From: an uncultured Oscillospiraceae bacterium
Lineage (GTDB): Bacteria; Bacillota; Clostridia; Oscillospirales; Oscillospiraceae
Direction: 5' to 3'
Length of the DNA: 64,000 nucleotides
Assembly: GCA_964527315.1 (NCBI GenBank)
Contig: CAZGOQ010000001.1
Location: 7,972-71,971 of the forward strand
The notes below the pieces were generated by a model, which saw nothing but the letters and a program-made list of their open reading frames with translations, ran no database searches and was not told the origin of the DNA. How positions within the stretch are numbered: the stretch's first letter is position 1; every line of letters begins with the position of its first letter. Below, one piece after another: positions 9,056 to 17,871 of this stretch. A program made the position numbers and the translations under genes.

Positions 9056-10434
9056 AGTTCCATCACAACCTTTTGGAACCGGTCGCCCCGTTCCTCAAAA
9101 TTCCGAAACCGATCAAATGAGGTGCTGGCCGGGGACAGGATCACGGAATCTCCCGGCTTTGCACGTTCCGCCGCCGTGCGAACAGCGTCATCAAAGGCTT
9201 CTATCTCCAATATTTCCGGATTTTTTCCATTATATCCAGGCATCATTTCCGCCGCCGCACGAATTTTCCCGGCGGTCATACCGGTGAGTACCAACAGCTT
9301 CACATGGCTCTGCAGTTCCGGCCCCAGCGCCTCATAGCTGATGCCCTTGTCCTTGCCGCCTGCAATCAAAATAACCTTCTCCGAAAAACTCCGCAGCGCC
9401 GCCGTCGTCCGGCTGGGCGAGGAATCAATGGAACTGTCATAATATTTTACCCCGTCCTTCATGCGAACCAGCTGAATCCGGTGCGCCACGCCGCCGAAGG
9501 TTCTTGCCAGTTCGATCATTATGTCTCTGGGCACCAGCCTGTCCACCGCGCAAAACGCCGCCATGTAGTTTTCAATGTTGTGTACGCCTGGAATCAGGAT
9601 ATCTCCGGCTGGAAGAATCTCCTCCTCCGTATCTCCCATCACCCGACAGATCATCTGGTCTTTTCGCAGATAATACCCGTTTTGCACCTTTTCTTTTCTG
9701 GAAAACTGCAATACCTTTGCCTTCGATTTTTCCGCAAAGCTGTTTGTCAGCGCATGATCCCGGTTCAGCACCATAATATCGCCAGCACTCTGATGGCGGT
9801 AGATATTCTCCTTGGCTGCCACATACTCCGCCATATCCTTGTGAATATCCAGGTGATTGGGTGAAAGATTAGTTATAACGGAGATATGCGGGCTATGCGT
9901 CATGTCCATCAGCTGGAAGGAACTGAGTTCCACCACTGCGTAATCCGAGGGCTTCATATTTTCCACCAGTGGCAGCAGAGGCGTTCCGATATTGCCTCCA
10001 CAGTAGACCGTTTTCCCGGCTTTCTCCAAAAGCCGGGCGATCAGGGTCGTGGTGGTGGTTTTCCCATCGGAACCGGTGACGCCCAGAATTGTACAGGGAC
10101 AGACTGCGAAGAAGGCTTCCATCTCCGAACTAACCACTGCGCCGCGTTCCCGCAGAGACATCAGCTGAGGGCAAAAAGCATTGAGTCCCGGCGTGCGAAA
10201 TACTACGTCCGCCCGAATATCCTCCAGATACTCCTCTCCCAGAACCAGCTTTGCCCCCTGCCGTTCCAGTTCCAGCACTTCCGGCAGCAGCTTTTCTCTC
10301 GGGGTCTTATCCCGGCATTCCACCGCAATCCCACGGCTCAGCAGCATCTTCACCAAAGGCCGGTTGCTGATGCCAAGACCAATGACCGTAACGCTTTTCT
10401 CCTGCAATTTTTCAAAATACTCGCTTACCGTCAT
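9052..10434 (-). CDS. murD: UDP-N-acetylmuramoyl-L-alanine--D-glutamate ligase
   Basis: GVTGSDGKTTTTTL P-loop and a Mur ligase middle/C-terminal layout. Confidence 0.9.
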   Translation of the reverse strand: MTVSEYFEKLQEKSVTVIGLGISNRPLVKMLLSRGIAVECRDKTPREKLLPEVLELERQGAKLVLGEEYLEDIRADVVFRTPGLNAFCPQLMSLRERGAVVSSEMEAFFAVCPCTILGVTGSDGKTTTTTLIARLLEKAGKTVYCGGNIGTPLLPLVENMKPSDYAVVELSSFQLMDMTHSPHISVITNLSPNHLDIHKDMAEYVAAKENIYRHQSAGDIMVLNRDHALTNSFAEKSKAKVLQFSRKEKVQNGYYLRKDQMICRVMGDTEEEILPAGDILIPGVHNIENYMAAFCAVDRLVPRDIMIELARTFGGVAHRIQLVRMKDGVKYYDSSIDSSPSRTTAALRSFSEKVILIAGGKDKGISYEALGPELQSHVKLLVLTGMTAGKIRAAAEMMPGYNGKNPEILEIEAFDDAVRTAAERAKPGDSVILSPASTSFDRFRNFEERGDRFQKVVMEL

Positions 10435-10503
10435 AACCTGCAGTCCCTCCGTTCCATGTTCAGTTTCTTATTGTACACGATAAAGAGAAATTTTGCAATG
10501 TGT

Positions 10504-10532
10504 TTGACAAGAACGAAAAAGTAAAGTATCAT
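10504..10532 (+). promoter_or_regulatory. promoter of rnpB
   Basis: TTGACA (10504-10509), 17-nt spacer, TATCAT (10527-10532). The predicted start coincides with the P1 5' strand. Confidence 0.5.
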
Positions 10533-10540
10533 AATTCCTG

Positions 10541-10946
10541 TGACCTGGCCGGACAGCCGCGCGTGGTGCGCCGAAAGGCCCCCCGTGAGGAAAGTCCGGG
10601 CTCCGTAGGGCAAGGATAACGGGTAACGCCCGCCGTAGGCGACTACAGGAAAAGTGCAACAGAGATATACCACCGTTGATTCACGCCATCACTATGTCAA
10701 CCTTATGAGCAAATCAGCTCGTCTGATAGTGCATTGGCGGCTTCGACGGAAAGGGTGGAAAGGCGAGGTAAGAGCTCACCGGCTGCCGTGTGAAAGCGCG
10801 CAGTCCTGTAAACTCTATCCGGAGCAACACCGCATAGGGAACAAGGCTGGCCCGGCTGTTCCCGCTCAGGTGGCTGGAGCGTATCGGCAACGGTACGCCT
10901 AGATAGATGGCTGTCGAACACAGAACCCGGCTTATAGGCCAGATCA
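10541..10946 (+). ncRNA. rnpB: RNase P RNA (bacterial type A)
   Basis: Universal P4 strands GAGGAAAGUCCGGGCUCC (5') and ACAGAACCCGGCUUAU (3'), plus a GGUAAGAGCUCACC element. The 5' UGACCUGGCC pairs with the 3' GGCCAGAUCA as P1. Confidence 0.85.
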
Positions 10947-10952
10947 CAAAAA

Positions 10953-10974
10953 AGCACCCGCTTTCGCGGGTGCT
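10953..10974. terminator. bidirectional intrinsic terminator (rnpB / HD-domain gene)
   Basis: 9-bp stem AGCACCCGC/GCGGGTGCT with loop TTTC. There is an A-run upstream and a T-rich tail downstream. Confidence 0.6.
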
Positions 10975-10983
10975 GATATTTTA

Positions 10984-11562
10984 TTACTTTCCTTCCAGAA
11001 AATAGCTGGCTTCCATATCCGCCACGCTGAGCGCAAAGGCCAACGGATACATTTCCAGCGCCTTGCCAACAGTATTTTTGTCCTCGTTTCCAGAGAAGCC
11101 CATGTGCCACCGAATGGCCATCGCTTCCTCCCGGCTCAGGCGCATAAAGCCGGAGACGATGTAAACCGATTTTTCTCCGTGCCCATACGGTAGCGGATCG
11201 TCAAAACGGAACAAGGGCACTGTCTGCCATTTACCGCTTTCATCCTTGACATTTCGTGTCCCGGCCTGATAGCAGCCGATCTTGCAGACGTCGTGAAGCA
11301 ACGAAACCAGCGCGATGGTTTCGTCAGAGTAGTCCATATGATACAGTTCTCTGCACCGTTCCCGATCCACATAAGCCCGAAGGCACTTGTAGACATTGAC
11401 GCTGTGTTCTGCCAGTCCGCCGGCATATGCGCCGTGAAAACGGGTGCTGGCCGGCGCGGAGAAAAAGTCGGATTTCTCTGTCAAATATTCTAAAAATTGC
11501 TCCGCGCCCTCTCTTTGAATAAATCGCTTATAAATATCAGTAAATTCCTCCTGAATGCTCAT
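10984..11562 (-). CDS. HD-domain phosphohydrolase
   Basis: 192 aa with RFHGAYAGGLAEHS and LLHDVCK (H...HD) metal-site motifs. Confidence 0.7.
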   Translation of the reverse strand: MSIQEEFTDIYKRFIQREGAEQFLEYLTEKSDFFSAPASTRFHGAYAGGLAEHSVNVYKCLRAYVDRERCRELYHMDYSDETIALVSLLHDVCKIGCYQAGTRNVKDESGKWQTVPLFRFDDPLPYGHGEKSVYIVSGFMRLSREEAMAIRWHMGFSGNEDKNTVGKALEMYPLAFALSVADMEASYFLEGK

Positions 11563-11584
11563 AAAAATGCTCCTTTTTAATGTT

Positions 11585-12355
11585 TCAGGACAATACGCTC
11601 AACGTGAACAGCTGTCGAATTCCATAGAGCAGCGCCAAATGGGCTGGATAAAACAGATAAAACAGCCACTTTCCGTTTTTCCCTTTGTCCCCGTGATAGG
11701 TCGTCAGCAGCAGTACGGAAACCAGTGCTCCCATCCATTGCAGCAAAATCCCTGCTTTGCTCTCTCCATAAAACCATGCAGCGCTTCCGTGCCAGAGCAG
11801 ATAAAATGCATTGATCCAGCCAGAGAGAAACAGCAGTCGCGGTCTTCCCTCCGGCAAATCATACAGCAGGAGAATCAATCCCACGCCCCAGGCGTTGTAA
11901 TCCGTATCGGCAAACCAGCCCAATGCCATCACCACAATTGCAGGCACACCTATGGCAATCCATCGGGGAACCTGTTTTTCCGCCAAATGCTTTCCCGCTG
12001 AAATTCCAGAAGCCCCCAACAGCATGGTAAAGATTACATTGTGGCACCCAAACCCGATCTTTTCGTAAAAACAAAGCTGGAACGGAATTTCTGACAGCAC
12101 CGCAAACAACAGAAGCCGCAAAAGATATTTGCCGACATTTTTTGTTTTTCGGCAGCCCTCGGCCACAAACCATGCAAATATCGGAAAAGAAATCCGGCCA
12201 ACAATGGTCAGCGTAGTATAGAGCCATAAATTCCATTCCATACCGATCAGCGGCGTCAGCACACCGGTGGACAACACCACCTTGGCGGCATGGTCGCAGA
12301 GCATACAAATTAGAGCCAACAGTTTCAGTGAAAATTGCGTCATCGTTTTCTCCAA
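11585..12355 (-). CDS. TraX family membrane protein
   Basis: LKLLALICMLCDHAAKVV N-terminal signature and a polytopic membrane profile. Confidence 0.7.
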   Translation of the reverse strand: MEKTMTQFSLKLLALICMLCDHAAKVVLSTGVLTPLIGMEWNLWLYTTLTIVGRISFPIFAWFVAEGCRKTKNVGKYLLRLLLFAVLSEIPFQLCFYEKIGFGCHNVIFTMLLGASGISAGKHLAEKQVPRWIAIGVPAIVVMALGWFADTDYNAWGVGLILLLYDLPEGRPRLLFLSGWINAFYLLWHGSAAWFYGESKAGILLQWMGALVSVLLLTTYHGDKGKNGKWLFYLFYPAHLALLYGIRQLFTLSVLS

Positions 12356-12367
12356 AGCGGGAAAAGA

Positions 12368-12389
12368 GGCGCTGCAAACTGACAGCGCC
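12368..12389 (-). terminator. terminator after EF-G paralog
   Basis: 7-bp stem GGCGCTG/CAGCGCC with T-runs on both sides. The GCGCTGCAAA arm resembles the palindromic family described in the findings. Confidence 0.45.
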
Positions 12390-12399
12390 CCTTTTTTAC

Positions 12400-14466
12400 T
12401 TAGTCCTCGCTGTCCTTCTTTGCCGCTGCAATGACGGCCTCCTGAGTGCTCATGGGCGCTTCCTCATAGCGAACAAACTTAAAAGTAAAGCTGCCCCGGC
12501 CCTGCGTCATGGAGCGAAGATCAATGGCATAACTCATCATTTCGCTCATGGGCACTTCGGCTTCTACTACCTGATTGCCGTCGCTGTCGGGGGTCATGCC
12601 CATAACACGGCCCCGGCGTTTGTTCAGATCGCCCATAATGTCACCCATCATGGCATCAGGAATCGTGACTGCCAGAGAACCAATTGGCTCCAGCAGAACT
12701 GGACTTGCCTGGGGAATGCCATCTTTATAGGCAAGAGATGCCGCTGTCTTAAAAGCCAATTCGGAGGAATCCACAGGGTGATAGGAACCATCCAGCAGCG
12801 TTGCCTTCAGGAACACCATGGGATAGCCGGCCAAAACACCCTTTTCACAGGACTCTTTCAGGCCTTTTTCCACTGCCGGGAAGAAGTTTTTGGGCACAGC
12901 GCCGCCAACGACCTTTTCTTCAAAGGTCAACTCCTCTGTCTCGCCGGGCGCGAATTCAATGACGACATCGCCAAACTGGCCGTGGCCGCCAGACTGCTTC
13001 TTATGACGACCGCGCACCTGCACAGATTTCCGGATCGTCTCTCGATAAGCCACCTTCGGCTCTCTCAGTTCGCTGTCTACGCCGAATTTACTCTTAAGCT
13101 TGGAGCAGAGCACATCCAAATGGATGTCTCCGGCGCCGGTGAGCACCATTTCCTTGGTCTCCGCGTTGTTAACCAGCATAAAACTCAGATCCTCGTCCGC
13201 CAGCCGCGCAAGTCCCGTTGCGATTTTTTCCTCCTGCCCCTTGACTTTGGCATAGATTGCCCGGGAATGACAAGGCTCGGGATACTCCACCGGGTTAAGC
13301 GTCAGCGGACGGGCAGGGACACAGAGTGTATCGCCGGTTTTGACGGAGGCCAGCTTGGAAACCATACCGATATCGCCGCAGTTGAGCACCTTGACCTCCG
13401 TGGTCTTTTTACCCCGAACCGTATAGATATGCCCCAGTTTTTCCGTATCGCCGGTCCGGGCGTTCTCCAGCACCAAATCAGGCGTGACATTTCCGGAAAT
13501 CACCTTAAAAAAGGATTGCTTTCCGTACTGATCAGAAATAGTTTTAAATACAAAGAGCACAGGAGTCTCTTCCGGTGCGCAGTTGATAGAGACTGTTTCT
13601 CCGTTCTCATTAACCGCTTCCTGTGGATAACCCTCCAGCGGATTAGGGGCGAAGTCAATCAAGCCGTTAATCAATGCTTCCGTTCCCAGGCCGGTCATGG
13701 CGCTTCCGCAGAATACAGGCACCAGAGAGAGGTCTTTGACGCCCTGGTTGATGCCGGCTATGATTTCCGCCAGTGTAAACTCCTCACCCGAAAAGTATTT
13801 TTCCATGTTCTCCTCAGAGGTCTCCGCCACCGCTTCGCAAAGGAAATCATAGTATTCATTGACCTTATCCATCAGATTGGCGGGAATGTCGGTATATTCC
13901 CGCTTACCGCCGCCGGACAAAAATGCGTTTTTGTGGACAACATCCACCAGGCCGACGGTCTTATCGTTTTCCACAATTGGAATCATGACCGGCGCAAGGG
14001 TCTTGCCAAATTTCTCACGGAGAGATTCAAAGGTCTTGAAAAAGTCTGCGTGTTCCTCATCCAGCTTGGACACATAGACAAATCTGGGCAGCTTCCGCTC
14101 ATAGAGATATTTCCAGGACTTTTCCGTCCCAACGCCAATGCCGTTTTTGGCAGAAACCACAATAACGCCGGAATCTACCACGCGAACCGACTGCATGACC
14201 TCGCCGGCAAAATCAAAATAGCCGGGATTGTCCAAAAGATTGATTTTAGATTTACCAAATTCAATGGGGATGATGGAGGTTGAGATCGAATATTTCCGGC
14301 GGATCTCCTCCGGGTCAAAATCACTGACGGTGGTGCCGTCGGCGGAGGTTCCCAGCCGGTCAATCGCCTGAATGTAGTATAGCATGCTTTCCGCCAGAGC
14401 GGTTTTTCCGTCGCCGCCGTGGCCGATCAGGCAGACATTGCGAATGTCTTGAGCAGTATAGCTCAT
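12400..14466 (-). CDS. elongation factor G paralog with atypical GTPase motifs
   Basis: Full five-domain EF-G layout (688 aa). G1 is GHGGDGKT, but G3 is DNPGY (not DTPGH), switch I is RRKYSI (not RGITI) and G4 is SKLD (not NKMD). Confidence 0.85.
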   Translation of the reverse strand: MSYTAQDIRNVCLIGHGGDGKTALAESMLYYIQAIDRLGTSADGTTVSDFDPEEIRRKYSISTSIIPIEFGKSKINLLDNPGYFDFAGEVMQSVRVVDSGVIVVSAKNGIGVGTEKSWKYLYERKLPRFVYVSKLDEEHADFFKTFESLREKFGKTLAPVMIPIVENDKTVGLVDVVHKNAFLSGGGKREYTDIPANLMDKVNEYYDFLCEAVAETSEENMEKYFSGEEFTLAEIIAGINQGVKDLSLVPVFCGSAMTGLGTEALINGLIDFAPNPLEGYPQEAVNENGETVSINCAPEETPVLFVFKTISDQYGKQSFFKVISGNVTPDLVLENARTGDTEKLGHIYTVRGKKTTEVKVLNCGDIGMVSKLASVKTGDTLCVPARPLTLNPVEYPEPCHSRAIYAKVKGQEEKIATGLARLADEDLSFMLVNNAETKEMVLTGAGDIHLDVLCSKLKSKFGVDSELREPKVAYRETIRKSVQVRGRHKKQSGGHGQFGDVVIEFAPGETEELTFEEKVVGGAVPKNFFPAVEKGLKESCEKGVLAGYPMVFLKATLLDGSYHPVDSSELAFKTAASLAYKDGIPQASPVLLEPIGSLAVTIPDAMMGDIMGDLNKRRGRVMGMTPDSDGNQVVEAEVPMSEMMSYAIDLRSMTQGRGSFTFKFVRYEEAPMSTQEAVIAAAKKDSED

Positions 14467-14533
14467 AATGATTTACCCCTTTCCGATCCTTCTATGCCGC
14501 CTTCCGGCATGGATCACGCAAATTGCTAAAAAA

Positions 14534-14562
14534 ATTATACATGATAGTATAATGCATTTCAA
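14534..14562 (-). promoter_or_regulatory. promoter of EF-G paralog
   Basis: Minus strand TTGAAA (14562-14557), 17-nt spacer, TATAAT (14539-14534). Confidence 0.45.
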
Positions 14563-14621
14563 TTTCAGTGCGAAATTTTTGTGCAACATGACGGTATATT
14601 TTCACTGGAAAGCCATGTAAA

Positions 14622-14680
14622 TAACGGAATCATTCCGTTAAATTGCCGTCAGAACGACCGATATGCGAACTGACGGCAAT
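14622..14680 (-). terminator. tandem terminator-like hairpins after the P-type-ATPase-like gene
   Basis: 11-bp stem ATTGCCGTCAG/CTGACGGCAAT (14642-14680) followed by the palindrome TAACGGAAT-C-ATTCCGTTA (14622-14640). The U-tract is weak. Confidence 0.4.
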
Positions 14681-14682
14681 CA

Positions 14683-16731
14683 TTATTTTCGAACCGCGAC
14701 TCTGGCCCCAAGTTCAATCAGAAGGAATATGCAAAACTGGATCAGCAGAAGCCGCTGCGCCGCCAGGACCGTGCCCCCGCCGGACAGAGCCAAAATTGTT
14801 TTTACAGTCAAATAGGAGGAAAGCAGCAACGACAAAAGCGTAAATAACCGCCCCGTTCGATAGACCCGTCGTCCGCCTGCCACAGTTCGGCTGTAGGCTG
14901 CAATTCCCTCCCGGTACACATAGCCGCAGGTCATCCCCCGGATCATCTGCGAGGGTTCCGACAACCAACGCCTGTACTGGGCCTTGGGGCAAAAGAGCGA
15001 TGCAATGGGCGCATGAAACCACTTTTCCACAAACGCAGGATTCACGCAGAAATTTCGGGTTACCAACAGGGGCTTTAACTGCGGCTCCCGCACAAAGCGA
15101 TGAAATCCGGCGGAAGCCCCTCCGGCAACCTGATATCGGATGTCAAACATTGCTTCCAGCTTCTGATCCACCGCAAGATAAACGCCATATTGGGGCGAAT
15201 GGGGCGGAATAGAAATGCCCATCAGCTGCATATACTGACAGGATCCCACCTGCACCAGTGCGCCCTTGATGTAACCTTCCGCACCGGATTCCTGCGTATG
15301 AAGATGGCTGACGGTCAAACGCTCGCCGCCCACTTCCCTCAGAAGCCTGGTAAAAATCGAATCCAGACCAATCCCGGTCTCCAGCATCACACTGGCGCCA
15401 TAGGAGGTCAGCAGCCGCGGCTCCATTCTTCCATAGACGCGGATGCCTTTATGAGAAACCGCCGCCTGTGGAAACAGGTCGTTGTCATAGATCATGACTG
15501 CTTTGTTCCCCCAAAGGCCCTTCATACCGTACCAGCCCGACACAGCGCCAAGGCCGGACAGAACCCGGCTGAGCAGCGCATAAGGCCTGGCGCAGCAGAG
15601 TGCCGCGCTCACCGGCATTCCAATGGTCAGCAGCGTGGTTAAGATTCGCAAAAAGCTTTTTTGTGTCTTTCCGCTGAGATAGGCGCTGGCCACCATACAG
15701 ACAAACAGAAACAGCAGACTGAACGCAGAGTACCCTGCATGAAAGACATCCGGCTGGGCCTGATGGCGCACAAACCCGGAAAGAGATGCGGGCGCTTTCC
15801 CAATGCAGTCTGTTTTCTCCCACTTTTCCCGGGCCACCCGGATGCCCTTGCGATTTCGGGCCGTGATGGTTCCGCGAAGCGCCTGAAGGGACGCCTGATT
15901 ATTCATCTGGTCCGCCAATCCAGCGCAGCACCAGGAAATGACAAGCAGGGGCAGCAGGGTCTCTTGATTTTTCGTCCCAGCCGTCTCTGCCACGGAGAGA
16001 ATGGTTGTGATCAGCAGCAGAGATTCATAGGAAAACCGGAGATACCATGGATCCCTGATCGCCCGCAGGGCGCTCTGCCAGCTGATCAGCATTGCAGCAA
16101 CCGCCAGCACAAGCGTCGTATAGACGCCCCCAAGGCCGCCCATAAAGCCCAACGTCATCCAAGTATATGTTCTGCCCATCAGGCAAAAAATCATTAAAAC
16201 AATGATCCCATACCGGACATAGGACAGCATTTGTTCCACAGGATATTGCTTTGAAAGGCGTTTTTCCTGCTTCCGGAGGGATTCACCGGCCCCCGGCAGC
16301 GCTTCCAGCTGCCGCCTGCGAATATCCCCGAGCATTTCCCCTATGTAACGCACCGGTCCCATCGGAACCCTTGCCTTCGGGAGTTTTTTATGATTAGTCC
16401 CGGGAAATTTGGAAAAACCGCGCCGCGCTGTTTGCTTTGGCGCAGCAGCGGCTCTGCGGCTCTGGGGTCCCGGCTGTGTTTCCCCCGGTTCCATCTGGCG
16501 CTCCGGGGATTCCTCCTCCTGGGGCGCATTCAGCGTCTCCTCCAATGCCTGCGCAATGGCGGCAGCAAGAGAAGGCTCTGTCTCGCGTTCCGGTTCCTGT
16601 CCGGCAGACGCCTCTGCCGGCTCGAAATCAGGTTCCGCTTCCTCCGCCTGATACACTTCTGTCTCTGTTTCCGGACTTGTCTCTATATGAAGCTCCTGCA
16701 CCGGAGCGTTTTTCGTTTCCTCGTGGGACAT
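14683..16731 (-). CDS. polytopic membrane protein resembling a catalytically degenerate P1B-type ATPase, with acidic/Pro-rich N-terminal extension
   Basis: ATG at 16731 follows an AAGGTGGA RBS. By-eye alignment to CopA/ZntA: GMPVSAAL vs CPC helix, NKAVMIYDNDLFPQ vs VDTVVFDKTGTLTEG, GVYLAVDQKLEAMFDI vs VVYVAVDGKLAGLIAL, LLVTRNF vs VMLTGDN, and GYVYREG vs GDGINDA. Confidence 0.6.
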   Translation of the reverse strand: MSHEETKNAPVQELHIETSPETETEVYQAEEAEPDFEPAEASAGQEPERETEPSLAAAIAQALEETLNAPQEEESPERQMEPGETQPGPQSRRAAAAPKQTARRGFSKFPGTNHKKLPKARVPMGPVRYIGEMLGDIRRRQLEALPGAGESLRKQEKRLSKQYPVEQMLSYVRYGIIVLMIFCLMGRTYTWMTLGFMGGLGGVYTTLVLAVAAMLISWQSALRAIRDPWYLRFSYESLLLITTILSVAETAGTKNQETLLPLLVISWCCAGLADQMNNQASLQALRGTITARNRKGIRVAREKWEKTDCIGKAPASLSGFVRHQAQPDVFHAGYSAFSLLFLFVCMVASAYLSGKTQKSFLRILTTLLTIGMPVSAALCCARPYALLSRVLSGLGAVSGWYGMKGLWGNKAVMIYDNDLFPQAAVSHKGIRVYGRMEPRLLTSYGASVMLETGIGLDSIFTRLLREVGGERLTVSHLHTQESGAEGYIKGALVQVGSCQYMQLMGISIPPHSPQYGVYLAVDQKLEAMFDIRYQVAGGASAGFHRFVREPQLKPLLVTRNFCVNPAFVEKWFHAPIASLFCPKAQYRRWLSEPSQMIRGMTCGYVYREGIAAYSRTVAGGRRVYRTGRLFTLLSLLLSSYLTVKTILALSGGGTVLAAQRLLLIQFCIFLLIELGARVAVRK

Positions 16732-16771
16732 CCATGTTCCACCTTTCAACTATGCAGCTTACTGCGCTGTT

Positions 16772-17524
16772 TTAACGCGCTTCATTCTGATCCATCCGCT
16801 GCCGCAGGGCCTCATAAAGCAGAATCGCACCGGCATTGGATGCATTTAAGGAATTGATTTTCCCCTTCATGGGAATACTGACCATGAAATCACAGCGTTC
16901 TGATATCAGCCGTCCCATTCCCTCGCCTTCTGAGCCAATGACGATAGCGGCCGGGCTGGTCAGATCGGTACGGTAGAGCGGCGTAGCGCCGTTCGCTGCC
17001 GTCCCATAGATCCAGACGCCCTTTTCCTTTAACAGCTGGATGGCGTTCGTCAGGTTGCTGACCCGGGCAATATTCATATACTCCACAGCGCCCGCAGAAA
17101 CCTTTGCCACCGTCGCCGTCAGTCCGGAACTGCGGCGCTTTGGAATAATAACCCCATGGACTCCGGCGCACTCTGCCGTCCGGATGATTGCGCCTAAATT
17201 ATGGGGATCCGTGATTGCGTCGCAAATCACGATCAGAGGCGCTTCTCCCCGATCTGCGGCGCAGTCCAGAATATCCTGTACGGTGCAATAATCCCGCGCT
17301 GCCGCCATGGCAATCACACCTTGATGCGCATCGGTCTCCGACATGGTATCCAGTTTCCGCCGGTCACAGTATGTGACCACCGCGCCGCTTTGTTTTGCCA
17401 GAGACGCGATATATCGAAGGGTGCTGTCGGTGCCTCCGGAAGCAAGAAACACCTTGTCAATGGTACGTCCCGCTTTCAAAGCTTCCGTTACCGCATTGCG
17501 GCCCTCTAAGATCGTTTGGTTCAT
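16772..17524 (-). CDS. rlmB: 23S rRNA (guanosine-2'-O)-methyltransferase RlmB (SpoU/TrmH family)
   Basis: EGRNAVTEALKAG substrate-binding N-terminus and a SpoU C-terminal knot (IVIGSEGEGM, SLNASNAGAILLYE). Confidence 0.85.
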   Translation of the reverse strand: MNQTILEGRNAVTEALKAGRTIDKVFLASGGTDSTLRYIASLAKQSGAVVTYCDRRKLDTMSETDAHQGVIAMAAARDYCTVQDILDCAADRGEAPLIVICDAITDPHNLGAIIRTAECAGVHGVIIPKRRSSGLTATVAKVSAGAVEYMNIARVSNLTNAIQLLKEKGVWIYGTAANGATPLYRTDLTSPAAIVIGSEGEGMGRLISERCDFMVSIPMKGKINSLNASNAGAILLYEALRQRMDQNEAR

Positions 17525-17871
17525 AGTTCCTCCAGACGAGCAGTTTAATAATGGCTATGTGTCGTTTCCGACGGCACGGCAAAATAAATTTATGCGCACA
17601 GGCGTGAAGCACCTGTATGCGCGTTATATCTGTCCGGCGGATATTATAACATATCTTATGTCTACCACGCAACAGGAAAATCAACAATTTTGCGAAATCA
17701 CCGCATAAATTCGACCTTTTCCGAAAAAGAGGAGCCGTTTTTGTCTTTTTAATAATGAAATCGCCGCTTCCTTAACAGAAAATTTATTTTTCCCGACGGA
17801 AGAATTTGTTGTTTTCAGAGGGAAACTATGCTATATTGTAATATAATTCAGAATATGAAGGAGGCGTGTCT

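Noticed and set aside
10431-11110. ORFs of 63-135 aa overlapping 10431-11110 on both strands.
   Set aside because: They overlap the RNase P RNA gene, whose conserved P4 and P1 elements explain the region.
12328-14283. Very long ORFs antisense to real genes. Examples: 12328-14283, 24484-26661, 29849-31324, 40330-41643, 42928-44019, 45120-46166, 56451-57413, 6028-7041 and 8405-9337.
   Set aside because: Each lies opposite a gene with unmistakable family motifs. Their translations are low-complexity (Arg/His/Gly/Gln-rich) with no recognisable domains or RBSs. They are the usual stop-codon-poor shadow frames of GC-rich coding DNA.
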